Assembly: GCA_002269645.1 (NCBI GenBank)
Contig: NIVC01002409.1
Location: 62,001 to 126,000 of the forward strand
Origin: Macrostomum lignano
Taxonomy: Eukaryota
DNA: 64,000 bases
Direction of reading: 5' to 3'
Of this stretch, positions 9,961 through 21,300 are shown one piece after another. Position 1 is the first letter of the stretch. The number at the start of each line of letters is the position of its first letter. Below the pieces are notes generated by a model. It was given only the letters and a program-made list of their open reading frames with translations, was not told the origin of the DNA and searched no databases. A program made the translations under genes and the position numbers.

Positions 9961-10779
9961 ATGTGGGCTATGACCTATGATAGCGACACTGAGTCTGAAG
10001 TTTTCGACCTCCCGCTGCTGACTATCGGAGGGGTTGTGAACGGTGCCCCTGCTGCTGCCGCCTCTGATTTGACCGCTGCATCTGCCGCCCTCTTTGAGGT
10101 CTCTGTTGATGAGCTGACCACTGCTGCGACCGTCTCTGCCTCTGCTGCCTCCACTGTTGTCTCGTCTGCTGCCGTCTCTGCCTCTGCTGCCTCCACTGTT
10201 GTCTCGTCTGCTGCCGTCTCTGCCTCTGCTGTCTCCACTGTTGTCTCGTCTGCTGCCGTCTCTGCCTCTGCTGCCTCCACTGTTGTCTCGTCTGCTGCCG
10301 TCTCTGCCTCTGCTGCCTCCACTGTTGTCTCGTCTGCTGCCGTCTCTGCCTCTGCTGCCTCCACTGTTGTCTCGTCTGCTGCCGTCTCTGCCTCTGCTGC
10401 CTCCACTGTTGTCTCGTCTGCTGCCGTCTCTGCCTCTGCTGCCTCCACTGTTGTCTCGTCTGCTGCCGTCTCTGCCTCTGCTGCGCCCGTCTCTGCCTCT
10501 CGCCTGGCCTCAATATCATCAGCCGCTTCGCTCCTTCTCTTTGACGATGAGGACGAGGATATGTCCGGGGAGATCGCCATGGTTCGTGAGCGCCTTCCCC
10601 GCATTGTGGCCTCATTTTTCCGCGGGGACATTGACTGGCTGAGGTCTCGCCACCCCGGCGGCCTGCCCTCCCAAGACACCTTTGTCAGAGCCTTTAATCG
10701 GGTTCTCGATACCTTGGTGTCGAGGGGGCTGGTCTACGGGAGGTGTTGGAGGCGGAGACGTTACACCAGGATTGGTTAA
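9961..10779 (+). CDS. Orphan ORF with a 42-bp Ala/Ser/Val repeat and basic C-terminus
   Basis: Open frame; about 8 copies of ASAASTVVSSAAVS (10130-10490); unique C-terminus ending RCWRRRRYTRIG. No family recognised. Confidence 0.4.
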   Translation: MWAMTYDSDTESEVFDLPLLTIGGVVNGAPAAAASDLTAASAALFEVSVDELTTAATVSASAASTVVSSAAVSASAASTVVSSAAVSASAVSTVVSSAAVSASAASTVVSSAAVSASAASTVVSSAAVSASAASTVVSSAAVSASAASTVVSSAAVSASAASTVVSSAAVSASAAPVSASRLASISSAASLLLFDDEDEDMSGEIAMVRERLPRIVASFFRGDIDWLRSRHPGGLPSQDTFVRAFNRVLDTLVSRGLVYGRCWRRRRYTRIG

Positions 10780-11287
10780 ATGGGGCGTAATTCGTATGCC
10801 TCTGACTCGGAGGCGTACCTGGCAGGTCCGGGAGCGCGCCCGACTGCGTGGGATGAGCCTGCTGCAGCTATCTGGCCCTCCAACTGGGAGGAGCACCTCT
10901 CGCTGGTGCGCTATACGGCGTCTCTACGCCTGTGGCGGCTGGGGGATCTAGATTTGGTAAGATATTACGCGGCATTTACATTTCATGTAATCATATACAA
11001 GGCTTATATTCTTTCTACATTGAATTTTTTAATTTTCACATTGACAGTCGGCTGACTACTGCTTCGAGAGCGCTGAGGAGGAGGCCGCGTATGAGACAGC
11101 CCTGAGGGAGCGGATGGAGGTTGACTCAAAAGGGGATTTCTCTTTATACTCTATTACTCTCTGCCTGCACTGTACTTGGGCCTCGCAACACACTGGGGAT
11201 CCCTCAACTTGGATTCTACTTGGAGAGTTACCCTCTGGGGATCCACTAAAACCCCCATTTGGGGGCTTGGGGTGGGAGCTGCGGTAA
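10780..11287 (+). CDS. Orphan spliced ORF in the outer element
   Basis: ATG directly follows the previous TAA. Phase-0 intron 10957-11047 (GTAAGA..TGACAG) joins to SADYCFESAEEEAAYETALRERME.., stop at 11285-11287. Confidence 0.4.
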
Positions 11288-12049
11288 AGTTTGACTGGAA
11301 TTCTGTATGTGGTCTGTTACTCTACCTCCACTGTACATTGGGGCGGGATCCCTTGAATAAAAACATGGGGAGGAATGGAATTTCTCTATGTTACTCCTCT
11401 CTGCCCGCACTGTACTAGGTGAGGGGTCATTGGGGCGGGGGATCAAAAACTCCCATTTGACACTTCAACCCCGGAGCGCATTGTACATGGGGCGGTCTCT
11501 ATTGCTCTCTGTTACTCCTCTCTGCTCGCACTGTACTAGGTGAGGGGTCCCTTGAATAAAAACCCCATTTGGGTAGGAAAATAGCTCTCTGCCTGCACTG
11601 TACATTTTGGGATCCCCTCGAAACATTACTCAGCCCGCGGTCCCTTGGTCGCGGCGCTGTGGAGGAATGCGGGGGCGTATCTCTTACTATTGTCCTGGGG
11701 GAGCCCTATTGTGCGTATGAGTCAACCTATGTTTTACATTATACTAGCATCTACAAGCACCTACTACACTAATAAGCGATATGTACCTGCTTTGTATTAT
11801 TTTGTATATTTCACCTACTTTTCTGCCAATATATCGATAATATACATTACATTGTGTTTTTTACTGCCCATATGCTTATGACTGTACACCTATATGCGTA
11901 TTTCGTAATATGCATTATGCACCGATATTTACACATACTGATACGTTTTATCTACTTTTTATATAAATATACGCAATTTCACCTACTATAAGTAGTTTTC
12001 ACTAGCCTAATTTTGTGTTAATATCGTTTACTACATATCGATGTACACC

Positions 12050-12850
12050 CATATCGGAAGAGTGTACACTCGTATCGGGAGAGTGTACCTTTGGCTCGGG
12101 AGGGTGTACCTTTGGGGCGCCTGCAGCATACATATCGGGAGGGTCGCCTGCGGCATACATGTCGGGGTACATATCGGGAGGGTGTACATATCGGGGTACA
12201 TACATAGGTACCGACGACCTGAAGAGACGACGAGGACTGGCCTGGGCCGCATTTTGATCTGTGCGCTCCGTGCTCCAATCTGAGGCCCTGGACGACGGGC
12301 TCAAGGCTCGGCTGTTTCAGACAGTCGTCGAGACTGTCCTGTTGTACAACGCCGAGACTTGGACCCTGACGGACGCCTTGGAGAGGCAGCTGGACGCTGC
12401 GCATGCGGCAATGCTGCGTGCGGCTTTCGGAGTGCGCAGCGGCCCAGGCAGCGAGACCAATGCCGCGCTCTACACTAGGGCACGCCTGATGCGGCCTTCT
12501 GACCTGCTGCGCGGGCGGCGACTTCAACTGGCTGGCCATGTCATCCGGTCGGAGGCCCGCTGTCCTGAGCCGCTACACGACATGCTGCTGCTCAAGCTGC
12601 AGGGACCGCGGAGGCGAGGCCAAGGGCGAACGGTGCGATACCCTGACCGACTTCTGAGTGACGCTGGCGCCCCGGACCAAGCAGGGGGATGCGACTTCCT
12701 GAAGGCAATGGCCCACAGACGCGCTTTCTGACTGCTCCCCCCTTTCTGGCTACTGCGTGGCCGGCGGGAGCAGTACCTTGTTGTTGTTGTTGTTATATAT
12801 ATCGGGAGGGTCGCCTGCGGCTCGGGAGGGTGTACATATCGGGAGGGTGC
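12050..12850. repeat. TCGGGAGGGTGTAC-type subterminal repeat array, split by the LINE insertion
   Basis: About 10 related copies at 12050-12205 and 12796-12850. Confidence 0.7.
12207..12794 (+). mobile_element. 5'-truncated RTE-clade LINE fragment (RT C-terminal region, 3' UTR, (TTG)n tail)
   Basis: DDLKRRRGLAWAAF* / ETVLLYNAETWTLT / RRLQLAGHVIR are typical of the region downstream of RTE reverse transcriptase. In-frame TGA near 12255; stop at 12731; TTG tail at 12778-12794. No convincing TSD. Confidence 0.8.
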
Positions 12851-14169
12851 GCCTGTGGCATGGGCGCCTAGATGGCGCTTGGCGCGGCGCGCACGCCAGC
12901 CAATGAGAGGCGAGGAGGGTTGACACCCACCCACCTCCAAAAGGGACCTTACGGGGTCATTTAGTAGTACGAGCTAAGTAATGTGCTAAGATTTTCATAA
13001 AACTAATTATATTGTGCGTATTACCTGCTTAGCCTAGTATTGATACAAGTAGTTAGCAGTGACGCAGTGGGAGGATTTTGATTTGGTGGATTTTCATAAA
13101 TTGCTCATTGTTAGGCTTTTTCACTCGATGCACAAAAGGATAAAAAATAAATTAATGTTGTTATATTAATTGCATTGCATTTATCTGCATTTGAAGCGGC
13201 ATTTGCAAGGGCCCCAAATATATTGTGATGGGAAAAGGGCACCAGGGATCAGGTGGGAGCAGACGCGAGGGGAGCAATAGTGAAGCTCATCAGAGATGCG
13301 GTGCGGCTCTTCGCTGAATCAATAATAACAGGCGGGCCCAAGGTGGCCGGGGGCAGTGACCCCCCACGAAAATATATTGCAGCATGGTAACAATGTACCA
13401 CCTCCAAGGTAGGAGTAAATAGCTTGCTAATGCCGCCCCTCTCTCCATCGCTATAAGGCGCACTTTCCCGTGTCCCTTTGCTAGTGCTATATAGTTACAG
13501 CCTTGGCGCCCCCTTAGCACTGGATGGCGCCCTTGCAAACATCGCCCCCCCCCCAAAAAAAACCCAAAAATCCTGGGCCCGCCATTAATCAGTAATAGCC
13601 TCGAAGTGCATATTTAAACAAATCCGTACCTTCTTTCAGTCGGCAGCTTCTTGAATTCATTCTTGGTGTGCTGCCGGGTGTTTACCGGGAAAATTAAAGC
13701 TGATGTGTGCAGCAGTATTAGTTTCTGTGCTGTGGTGTATGGGGGTAGAAAAAGGGAATCGAAGACACGAAGGGGCACTGCTGTCACTACTTATAATTGA
13801 ATAATGGATCAGTGATAAAAATTGAGTCATTTATTACATATCGTTGGAATTTTAGTGCCTGGTTTGCAGTCATTGAAAGAAATTGTTTTTTTGTTGTGGT
13901 TTAAGACTTTTTAAGAATTGACCTGTCAAACTGTTGCCATCAATCAAGAAGTCCCAGTCTCCGCCCATACAAAATGCCACCTCACTCACCGGGAATCCGC
14001 CATCATCGCTGCTATTCCTCATCGGAGACGTCGCCGTCAATCAATGGGAGCTGTCTGCAGGCCATCTGCATCCGGTACTCTTCGAGTCTTGTCTGCGAAC
14101 TTCGAATTGCAGCCGCAGGAAATCCTCGCAAGCCGCTTTTATCCGCTTCTCCTTCAGCAGGCGCCGCGC

Positions 14170-15390
14170 CTCCTGCTCCTGCTTCTGCTCCCGCTTCTGC
14201 TCCTGCTTCTGCTCCTGCTCCTGCTCCTGCTTCTGCTCCTGCTCCTGCTCCTGCTTCTGCTCCTGCTCCTGCACCTGCTCCTGCTTCTGCTCCTGCTCCT
14301 GCTCCTGCTCCTGCACCTGCTCCTGCTCCCGCTTCTGCTCCTGCTTCTGCTCCCGCTTCTGCTTCTGCTTCTGCTTCTGCTTCTGCTCCTGCTTCTGCTC
14401 CCGCTTCTGCTCCCGCTTCTGCTCCCGCTTCTGCTCCTGCTTCTACTTCTGCTTCTGCTCCCGCTTCTGCTCCTGCTCCTGCACCTGCTCCTGCTTCTGC
14501 ACCTGCTCCTGCACCTGCTCCTGTACCTGCTTCTACTTCTGCTTCTGCTCCTGCTTCTGCAACTGCTACTTCTGCTCCTGCTTCTGCTTTTGTTCCTGCT
14601 TCTGCTCCTGCTTCTGCTCCTGCTTCTACTTCTGCTCCTGCTTCTGCACCTGCTTCTACTTCTGCTCCTGCTTCTGCTCCTGCTTCTCCTCCTGCTTCTA
14701 CTTCTGCTCCTGCTCCTGTACCTGCTTCTACTTCTGCTTCTGCTCCTGCTTCTGCAACTGCTACTTCTGCTCCTGCTTCTGCTTTTGTTCCTGCTTCTGC
14801 TCCTGCTTCTGCTCCTGCTTCTGCTCCTGCTCCTGCTCTTGCTCCTGCACCTGCTCCTGCACCTGCTCCTGTACCTGCTTCTACTTCTGCTTCTGCTCCT
14901 GCTTCTGCTCCTGCTTCTACTTCTGCTCCTGCTTCTGCTTCTGCTCCTGCTTCTGCTCCTGCTTCTGCTCCTGCTTCTACTTCTGCTCCTGCTTCTGCTT
15001 TTGCTCCTGCTTCTGCTCCTGCTCCTGCTTCTGCTTCTGCACCTGCTCCTGCACCTGCTCCTGTACCTGCTTCTACTTCTGCTTCTGCTCCTGCTTCTGC
15101 TCCTGCTTCTACTTCTGCTCCTGCTTCTGCTTTTGTTCCTGCTTCTGCTCCTGCTTCTACTCCTGCTTCTGCTCCTGCTTCTACTTCTGCTCCTGCTTCT
15201 GCTTTTGCTCCTGCTTCTGCTCCTGCTTCTGCTCCTGCTTCTACTTCTGCTCCTGCTTCTGCTTCTGCTCCTGCTTCTGCACCTGCTCCTGCTTCTGCTC
15301 CTGCTTCTACTTCTGCTTCTGCTTCTGCTTTTGCTTCTGCACCTGCTCCTGCTTCTGCTTCCTGCTCCTGCTTCTTCTGCTCCTGCTCCG
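14170..15390. repeat. Low-complexity (GCT/CCT/TCT/ACT) triplet-based repeat, ~1.2 kb
   Basis: Read directly; it produces the poly-Leu, PAS, CS and RS ORFs in the track. Confidence 0.9.
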
Positions 15391-16251
15391 CACGGTACCA
15401 CCTGATCGACTGATCCCCACTCTTAAACCCTTCGCAATGTTTGCAAGTGTTGCGTCATGATACAACAGTAACTTCTATTGTTGTGGCACGGTTGATAGAA
15501 CTGCAGATTTTTCTAGGACAGTTATTTCCCGTCAGGTATGGAAGCCCAGAAGGAAGCTCAGCGCAAATATTTCACTGAGCGGCTTAAGGGCATTCAGGGA
15601 GGGTGACTCCATGGCGCAGCCTCAGCCGCTTGCATCCCTGCAAGCCAGGTTTGATTTCGGGGTCATGCACAGCACAGAAGTGCTGCTGGGGACCCTCTTT
15701 GATATGCAACTCTTTTTGTAGCTCCGTGGGCCACCATAGACGAAATAGGTATAGGCAACACTTGTGAAAATAAAATATACGATCATACTGCGAACACAAA
15801 AAGTTTGCAGTCAAATGAAAGGGAATTTTTAGCTTTCCAATGACTTTAAGCTTGTTCGATTTTAGGCATGCATTATAAAATCTATAGCCAAAATATCGCT
15901 ACTTTTTGGTTGCACCTCGTATTTCAGTTTTTCATACCAAAATTTTATACCAAAACAGCCAAAAAACAGTATTTTACGAGCGCAAGTCTATGATTCATCG
16001 GCTGCTCATGCGTGAAAACTTGCCGTGAAAGCGCAGCGCAGTCTTCTGTGGCATGCTAGCGAATGCAGACGCTGAGCTGCCTCCTATACTGCCAATCTCA
16101 GCCTCACGCCGAGCTTAACGCTTGGAGACTCGTTTTTCCAGAGCTGTGAGTTGAAAATGCATCAACCATGCGACAGCAGCCACAACAGCTCAACTCTGCC
16201 TATCGCATCTGAGACTTTGAGCGGCAGTTCGCCACCCAAAACCATCTGAAA

Positions 16252-17481
16252 ATGTACCTCGCAAGCCCTCTGCTGATGCTGCTGTGCGCTTGGCTGCTGA
16301 GTTCGGCTTTGTCGGCTGCTACAGGGACAACACAGATGATGCCAGGGACCTCGACGGACTGAACGGCATGTCCTCCATCGGGCCCTACGCGGTGAACACA
16401 GTTGAAAATTGTGTGAACAGGGACGACATGACACTGCAGCTGTGCAGCCAGATCTGCGAGCTGGGCAACTTCAAGTACTTCGGCGCGCAGTACAGCAGCG
16501 AGTGCTTCTGTGGAAACTCGTACGGCAGCCAGGGCGGTGCTCCAGTGAGCGACTGCAGCATGAACTGCGCTGGCAACGCTGGCCAGATCTGCGGCTCGGG
16601 AGACCGAAATTCGGTTTACCAGCAGTTTAACTACCGTCCCAGTGAGCTTTCTTGGCTTTGTTTTGCATTTTTAACAAGGGGGTATTTTTGGAGTATTATA
16701 TCCGGTGCTTCAAAAGTAATGAGCCCCCCGATTAGAAAACTCCCTTCCGCAGCAGATATAAAAAGCAAACTTATCCATATGGCAGCTGAACATCAACCAA
16801 ACATGCAGGTCAATTTTCAGCCCTTAAACTCTTAGCAACAGGTATGGCCTTGTTTAGGCGTTTGTGGCCTAACTGTAATCAGGCACAATGATAGATTATT
16901 CTGAGGTAAGGCTTCGCCTCGGCCTAGAAACGCATCCTCAGCCATTCTATACGCCATAGAAACAAATTTGGGGGGGGGGTGTTATCCTATACTTGAACCT
17001 AAGTGTAGCTCAGCCAGGTGATCCCAAATCTCAAGCAGCTGAGCAAATCTACTTGACTTTCTGATACAAACAGAAAATGAGTCACAATTAGCGCGCTCCA
17101 GTAAAAATAAGGGACGATTCCAGACACTGATAGAAGCGGACACTCAGCGAGAGATTGAGGATCCATAGCATATCCATATCCATAGCAATGCTCACTCTAG
17201 CTCTGGTGCTTGGCTGAGTTCAGATGCACTGCGTTTTGCTCATTGCAGTCGGCAACAAGTTCGTCACAGCTCCCCGCGTCTACATGAACGCGACCTCATC
17301 CGGCGGGCCCTTCTACCGCACCGTGCAGCCAACTAAAAGCCCCATTCAGTGCCTGTCGCTTTGCCGGTCCAGCTGCCAGGCTGTCCTGTTCCACCTGGGC
17401 ACCTGCTACCTGCTGAAACTGCCGGCTCTGCCGCAGCAGCTGGTCGGCATTCAGGGCGGGAAGTTCTTTGTCCGTGGCTAA
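16252..17481 (+). CDS. Secreted WSC-domain + PAN/apple-like protein
   Basis: Exon 16252-16641: signal peptide MYLASPLLMLL, a 1-nt indel at ~16282-16284, then WSC FVGCYRD..MTLQLCSQIC..YFGAQYSSECFCG..CSMNCAGNAGQICGSGDRNSVY. Phase-1 intron 16642-17248. Exon 17249-17481 with SPIQCLSLCRSSCQAVLF..CYL. Confidence 0.75.
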
Positions 17482-18362
17482 GAAGACCTGAGAGTGCATT
17501 CGTGCCTTGGTGAAAAATTGAGAGTCGAGTCGAACTCGCAAAATGATGACCCCGAACCGAATTCTGAGTTCTCATTCGCTGTCTCTTCCTAGCTACCCTC
17601 TCTTCAACAACATGAGACGTTTGAGAAGCTAAAAAAGTCAGCAGTTTAGCCTTGTTGCCATGTTCCTTAGGACAAAAACCTGAAGAAAAGGATAAAATAA
17701 TTGGGTCACTGCGCAACCCACACTACAGGTACAATTTGGTCATTTTGTGTTTATTTCATTGCTGTAATAAATAGTCAAAGAGTTCGAGCTGACTACTACA
17801 AGTAGAAGCCGGAGTACAAGCGTATATAATAATTGAAAAAGAGTTGCTATTGAAAAGACGAACAAAGGAAAACAGCCGAACCCGAGCGAGACTAGCAACC
17901 AGAGCAGAAGAAAATTGTTCGAGCACTGCTGTCTCATCACTCTACCACAAAATAGATGTCATGTGCATAAAAGAAGATAAAAATGAGACAAAAGTTTGTT
18001 CCAAATGATAAAATGGTGCACAGAAGTCGGAGAGGTTCGGGTGTCCTGCAATTACAACCAGCCTGATTTGTTCCACGAGAATTGAAAGATGCGCAAAGGA
18101 ATTCCGAGGGGGTATTTCGCTACGGGGGTATTTTTAAAGGGGAATCAAGGAGGCGGAAAAGAACAAAACGACCATATTGCCCATTGAATTTGCATGTAAC
18201 GCAGACAAATAGGGAGGAAAATTGGCAACTCCCTACTGACAGTAGGCTAGTAGTAACGCGGGCATTGAACATTGGTTTTTGTCAATCTAAAAAGTGATTA
18301 TTTGTCATGGACAAAAGAATCGCAGAGTCAGAAGGAAGTCCTTGATTTGGTTCGCGAGCGGC

Positions 18363-21300
18363 TTATTTGACCAGCCCGTCAATAACACCGGAGATTATTT
18401 CCACGCATTTGTTAATCTGCGCCTCGTTGATGACCAGCGGCGGCGCCAGGCGGATGATGTCGCCGTGGGTTGGCTTGGCCAGCAGGCCGGCCTCCGCCAG
18501 CTTCAGGCACACCTCCCAGGCATCGAACTCTGAGATTAAGGGGGAGGGAATCCAGGCTTGAGCAGGTGAGATTCGGCCTTTCTGGCTTCGAGTAGTACTA
18601 AATACTAAACAAGGGGTCGGGGATACAGAGGGGAGATGAGATGGGAAATGAGAGAGGGAGATAAGAGAGAGGGGTGTTGTTAAAGAGAGCGTAGTGACTA
18701 GCTCGTACTGCAAGTTAGTGATTGGGTGTAAGGCAATGAGGAAGTGAGGTGGAGATGAGAAAGGGGAGATCAGAGAGGGGAGACAAGAGACAGATGACAA
18801 GGGAGACAAGAGAGGGGAGATGAGAAATGGGAGATAAGAGGGGAGACAAGAGAGGGGAAAAAGAAAGGAAAGATATGAGAGAAGAGATGAGAGGGAGGTG
18901 AGAGAGGGGAGATAAGAGAGGGGAGATGAGAGGGAGATGAGAGAGGGGAGATGAGAGAGGGGAGATAAGAGGGAGATGAGAGAGGGGAGATGAGAGAGGG
19001 GAAAAAGAGAGGAAAGATATGAGAGGGAGGTGAGAGAGGGGAGATGAGAGAGGGGAGATGAGAGGGAGATGAGAGAGGGAGATGAGAGAGGGGAGATGAG
19101 AGAGGGAGATGAGAGAGGGGAGATGAGAGAGGGGAAAAAGAGAGGGGAGATGAGAGAGGGGAGATGAGAGAGGGGAGATGAGAGGGAGATGAGAGAGGGG
19201 AGATGAGAGAGGGGAGATAAGAGGGAGATGAGAGAGGGGAGATGAGAGAGGGGAAAAAGAGAGGAAAGATATGAGAGGGGAGATAGGAGAGGGGAGATAA
19301 GAGAGGAGAGATGAGAGGGAGGTGAGAGAGGGGAGATGAGAGAGGGGAGATGAGAGGGAGATGAGAGAGGGAGATGAGAGAGGGGAGATGAGAGAGGGAG
19401 ATGAGAGAGGGGAGATGAGAGAGGGGAAAAAGAGAGGGGAGATGAGAGAGGGGAGATGAGAGAGGGGAGATGAGAGGGGAGATGAGAGAGGGGAGATGAG
19501 AGAGGGGAGATGAGAGAGGGGAGATGAGAGTGAGATAAGAGGGCAGATAACAAACGGTGCAAACTGCAAGTGAGCAACAACAGGGAAACTCTGAGAAAAG
19601 CTGTCAGAATGCTGTGATCGGAGCAGACAGACTCCAGTCGCGCAATTGATACGATAGTTAGCAGCCAGACAAAGGCGGGGGGTATGGGCTCCGATTCTGA
19701 GAATCACGCGCTCCCCGCGTGCTTAGGTGAGGGCGGAGGGTGCGCAGGGGACGCACTCCGAAGCAGGAGTCTATGGAGTCTCAGCACAGGCTGCAGCTTG
19801 CAGAGCCCCCTACTCACTCACTGAGCAGCCACCCCTCCTCTCTCAGCCTGTCTGTCTGTCGTAATTGCCTTCTTAGCAATGCAGCACTGGAGGCCAGCTG
19901 TCCGGCATGCAGGCAACAGATTTACAAAACAGCAACGCTAAGAAAATTTTCAACCTGTGCGGTCGGTATGAATAAGCAATCAAAAAATTCTAATTAAAAT
20001 ATGCCTCACATTAAAACCCCAAAGCAATTTCCAGAGAGAGCAATTATCCTTCAAATGAGATTGGGATACAATAATCCTAAATCTAAACTTCCCTACTTAA
20101 CCCTAATCCTAGCCCTAACTTAAACTTCCAAGCGCGAGGGAACAGCCATAAAGATTCCAGACTCTGCCGGGCACCTCACCCTGACTGATCACGATGGCAT
20201 TCAGCAGGCCCTTGCCGCGCACGGTCTTCACCACCTTGCCGGACAGCCGGGACAGCTCCTTCCTGAGCAGCGTGCCCTGCCGCTCCGCGTTCTCCGCCAG
20301 GCCCTCCTCCTCCAGCACCTGCAGTGCCGCCATGCCGACCCGGCAGGCCATGGGGTTGCCGCCGTAGGTGGAGCCGTGCTCGCCGGGCCCGACTGACAGC
20401 ATCACTTCGTCATCGCCCAGCAGGGCGGACACCGGGTACAGTCCACCGGACAGCGCCTTGCCCAGGCACACCAGATCCGGCCGCACCTGTCCGAGGGGTG
20501 GGTTTGAGGATTTATCTAAGATTTTTGGGTATTTTTAATGTAAGTGTTTGACTTTTCGGGAATAATTCCCAAGTGTCCGAGTTTTTTATTTAATTACCGT
20601 GTCCGAGCTTTGGGATTTATGACGGTCGAGTGTCCGATTTTTTTTAGATGGCCATGTACGAGTTAGAGATTTATGATTTCCATCGAGTGTCCGAGATTTG
20701 AATTAAGAATGTCCAGAGTGTCCGAGTTTGGATTTATAATGTCCACTAAGTGTCCGAGTTTAGGATTTATAATGACCACTGAGTGTCCGAGTTGGCGATT
20801 TATAATGACCACCGAGTGTCCGAGTTTGGGATTTATAATGTCCACTAAGTGTCCGAGTTTAGAATTTATAATGTCCACCGAGTGTCCGAGTTTGGGATTT
20901 ATAATGTCCACCGAGTGTCCGAGTTTGGGATATATAATGTCCACCGAGTGTCCGAGTTTTGAGATTTCAAATCGCCGAGTGCGGTGACTCACCTTCTCGT
21001 GGTCGCTGCAGAGCCGCTTGCCAGTGCGCGCGAGGCCGGTCTGCACCTCGTCGCAGATGAGCAGCGCCCGGTGGCGGGTGCACAGCTCACGGGCTCCACG
21101 CAGGAAGCCATCCTTGGGCACCACGACGCCGGCCTCACCCTGGATGGGCTCAACCATGAAGGCCGCCACGTTGGGGTCCTGCAGCGCCTTCTCAAGGGCC
21201 TGCGGTGTGGGAAGGGAATAATGAGATTTATGCTATGAATTCCCTCACGGATTTTGACTTGGAATTTTCCTTGACAGCTACAAACTGGGGATTTCCATTG

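Larger units (their letters stand above)
1..12049. mobile_element. Unclassified long-TIR element (outer element); left arm runs off the window edge and is interrupted by the EnSpm insertion
   Basis: 1-144 joined to 8515-8988 is the near-exact reverse complement of 11428-12049 (GGTGTACATCGATATGTAG at 1 vs CTACATATCGATGTACACC at 12031-12049; few mismatches). Arms contain repeated TGTACAGTGC motifs. The interior (8989-11427) has three + strand ORFs but no recognisable transposase. True termini cannot be fixed because the left end is outside the window. Confidence 0.85.

Noticed and set aside
12850-13060. Polinton AGTAGT/ACTACT terminus for the outer element
   Set aside because: No ..CTACT end in the right orientation, and the left end is outside the window.
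13057-13587. hAT-like non-autonomous element (CAGTG.. start, GGGCCC/GGCGCCC motifs)
   Set aside because: TIR match is poor and there is no 8-bp TSD.
13918-15460. Poly-Leu, Cys/Ser, PAS and RS ORFs of 415-508 aa
   Set aside because: They are by-products of a triplet-type repeat that is open in most frames; no independent coding evidence.
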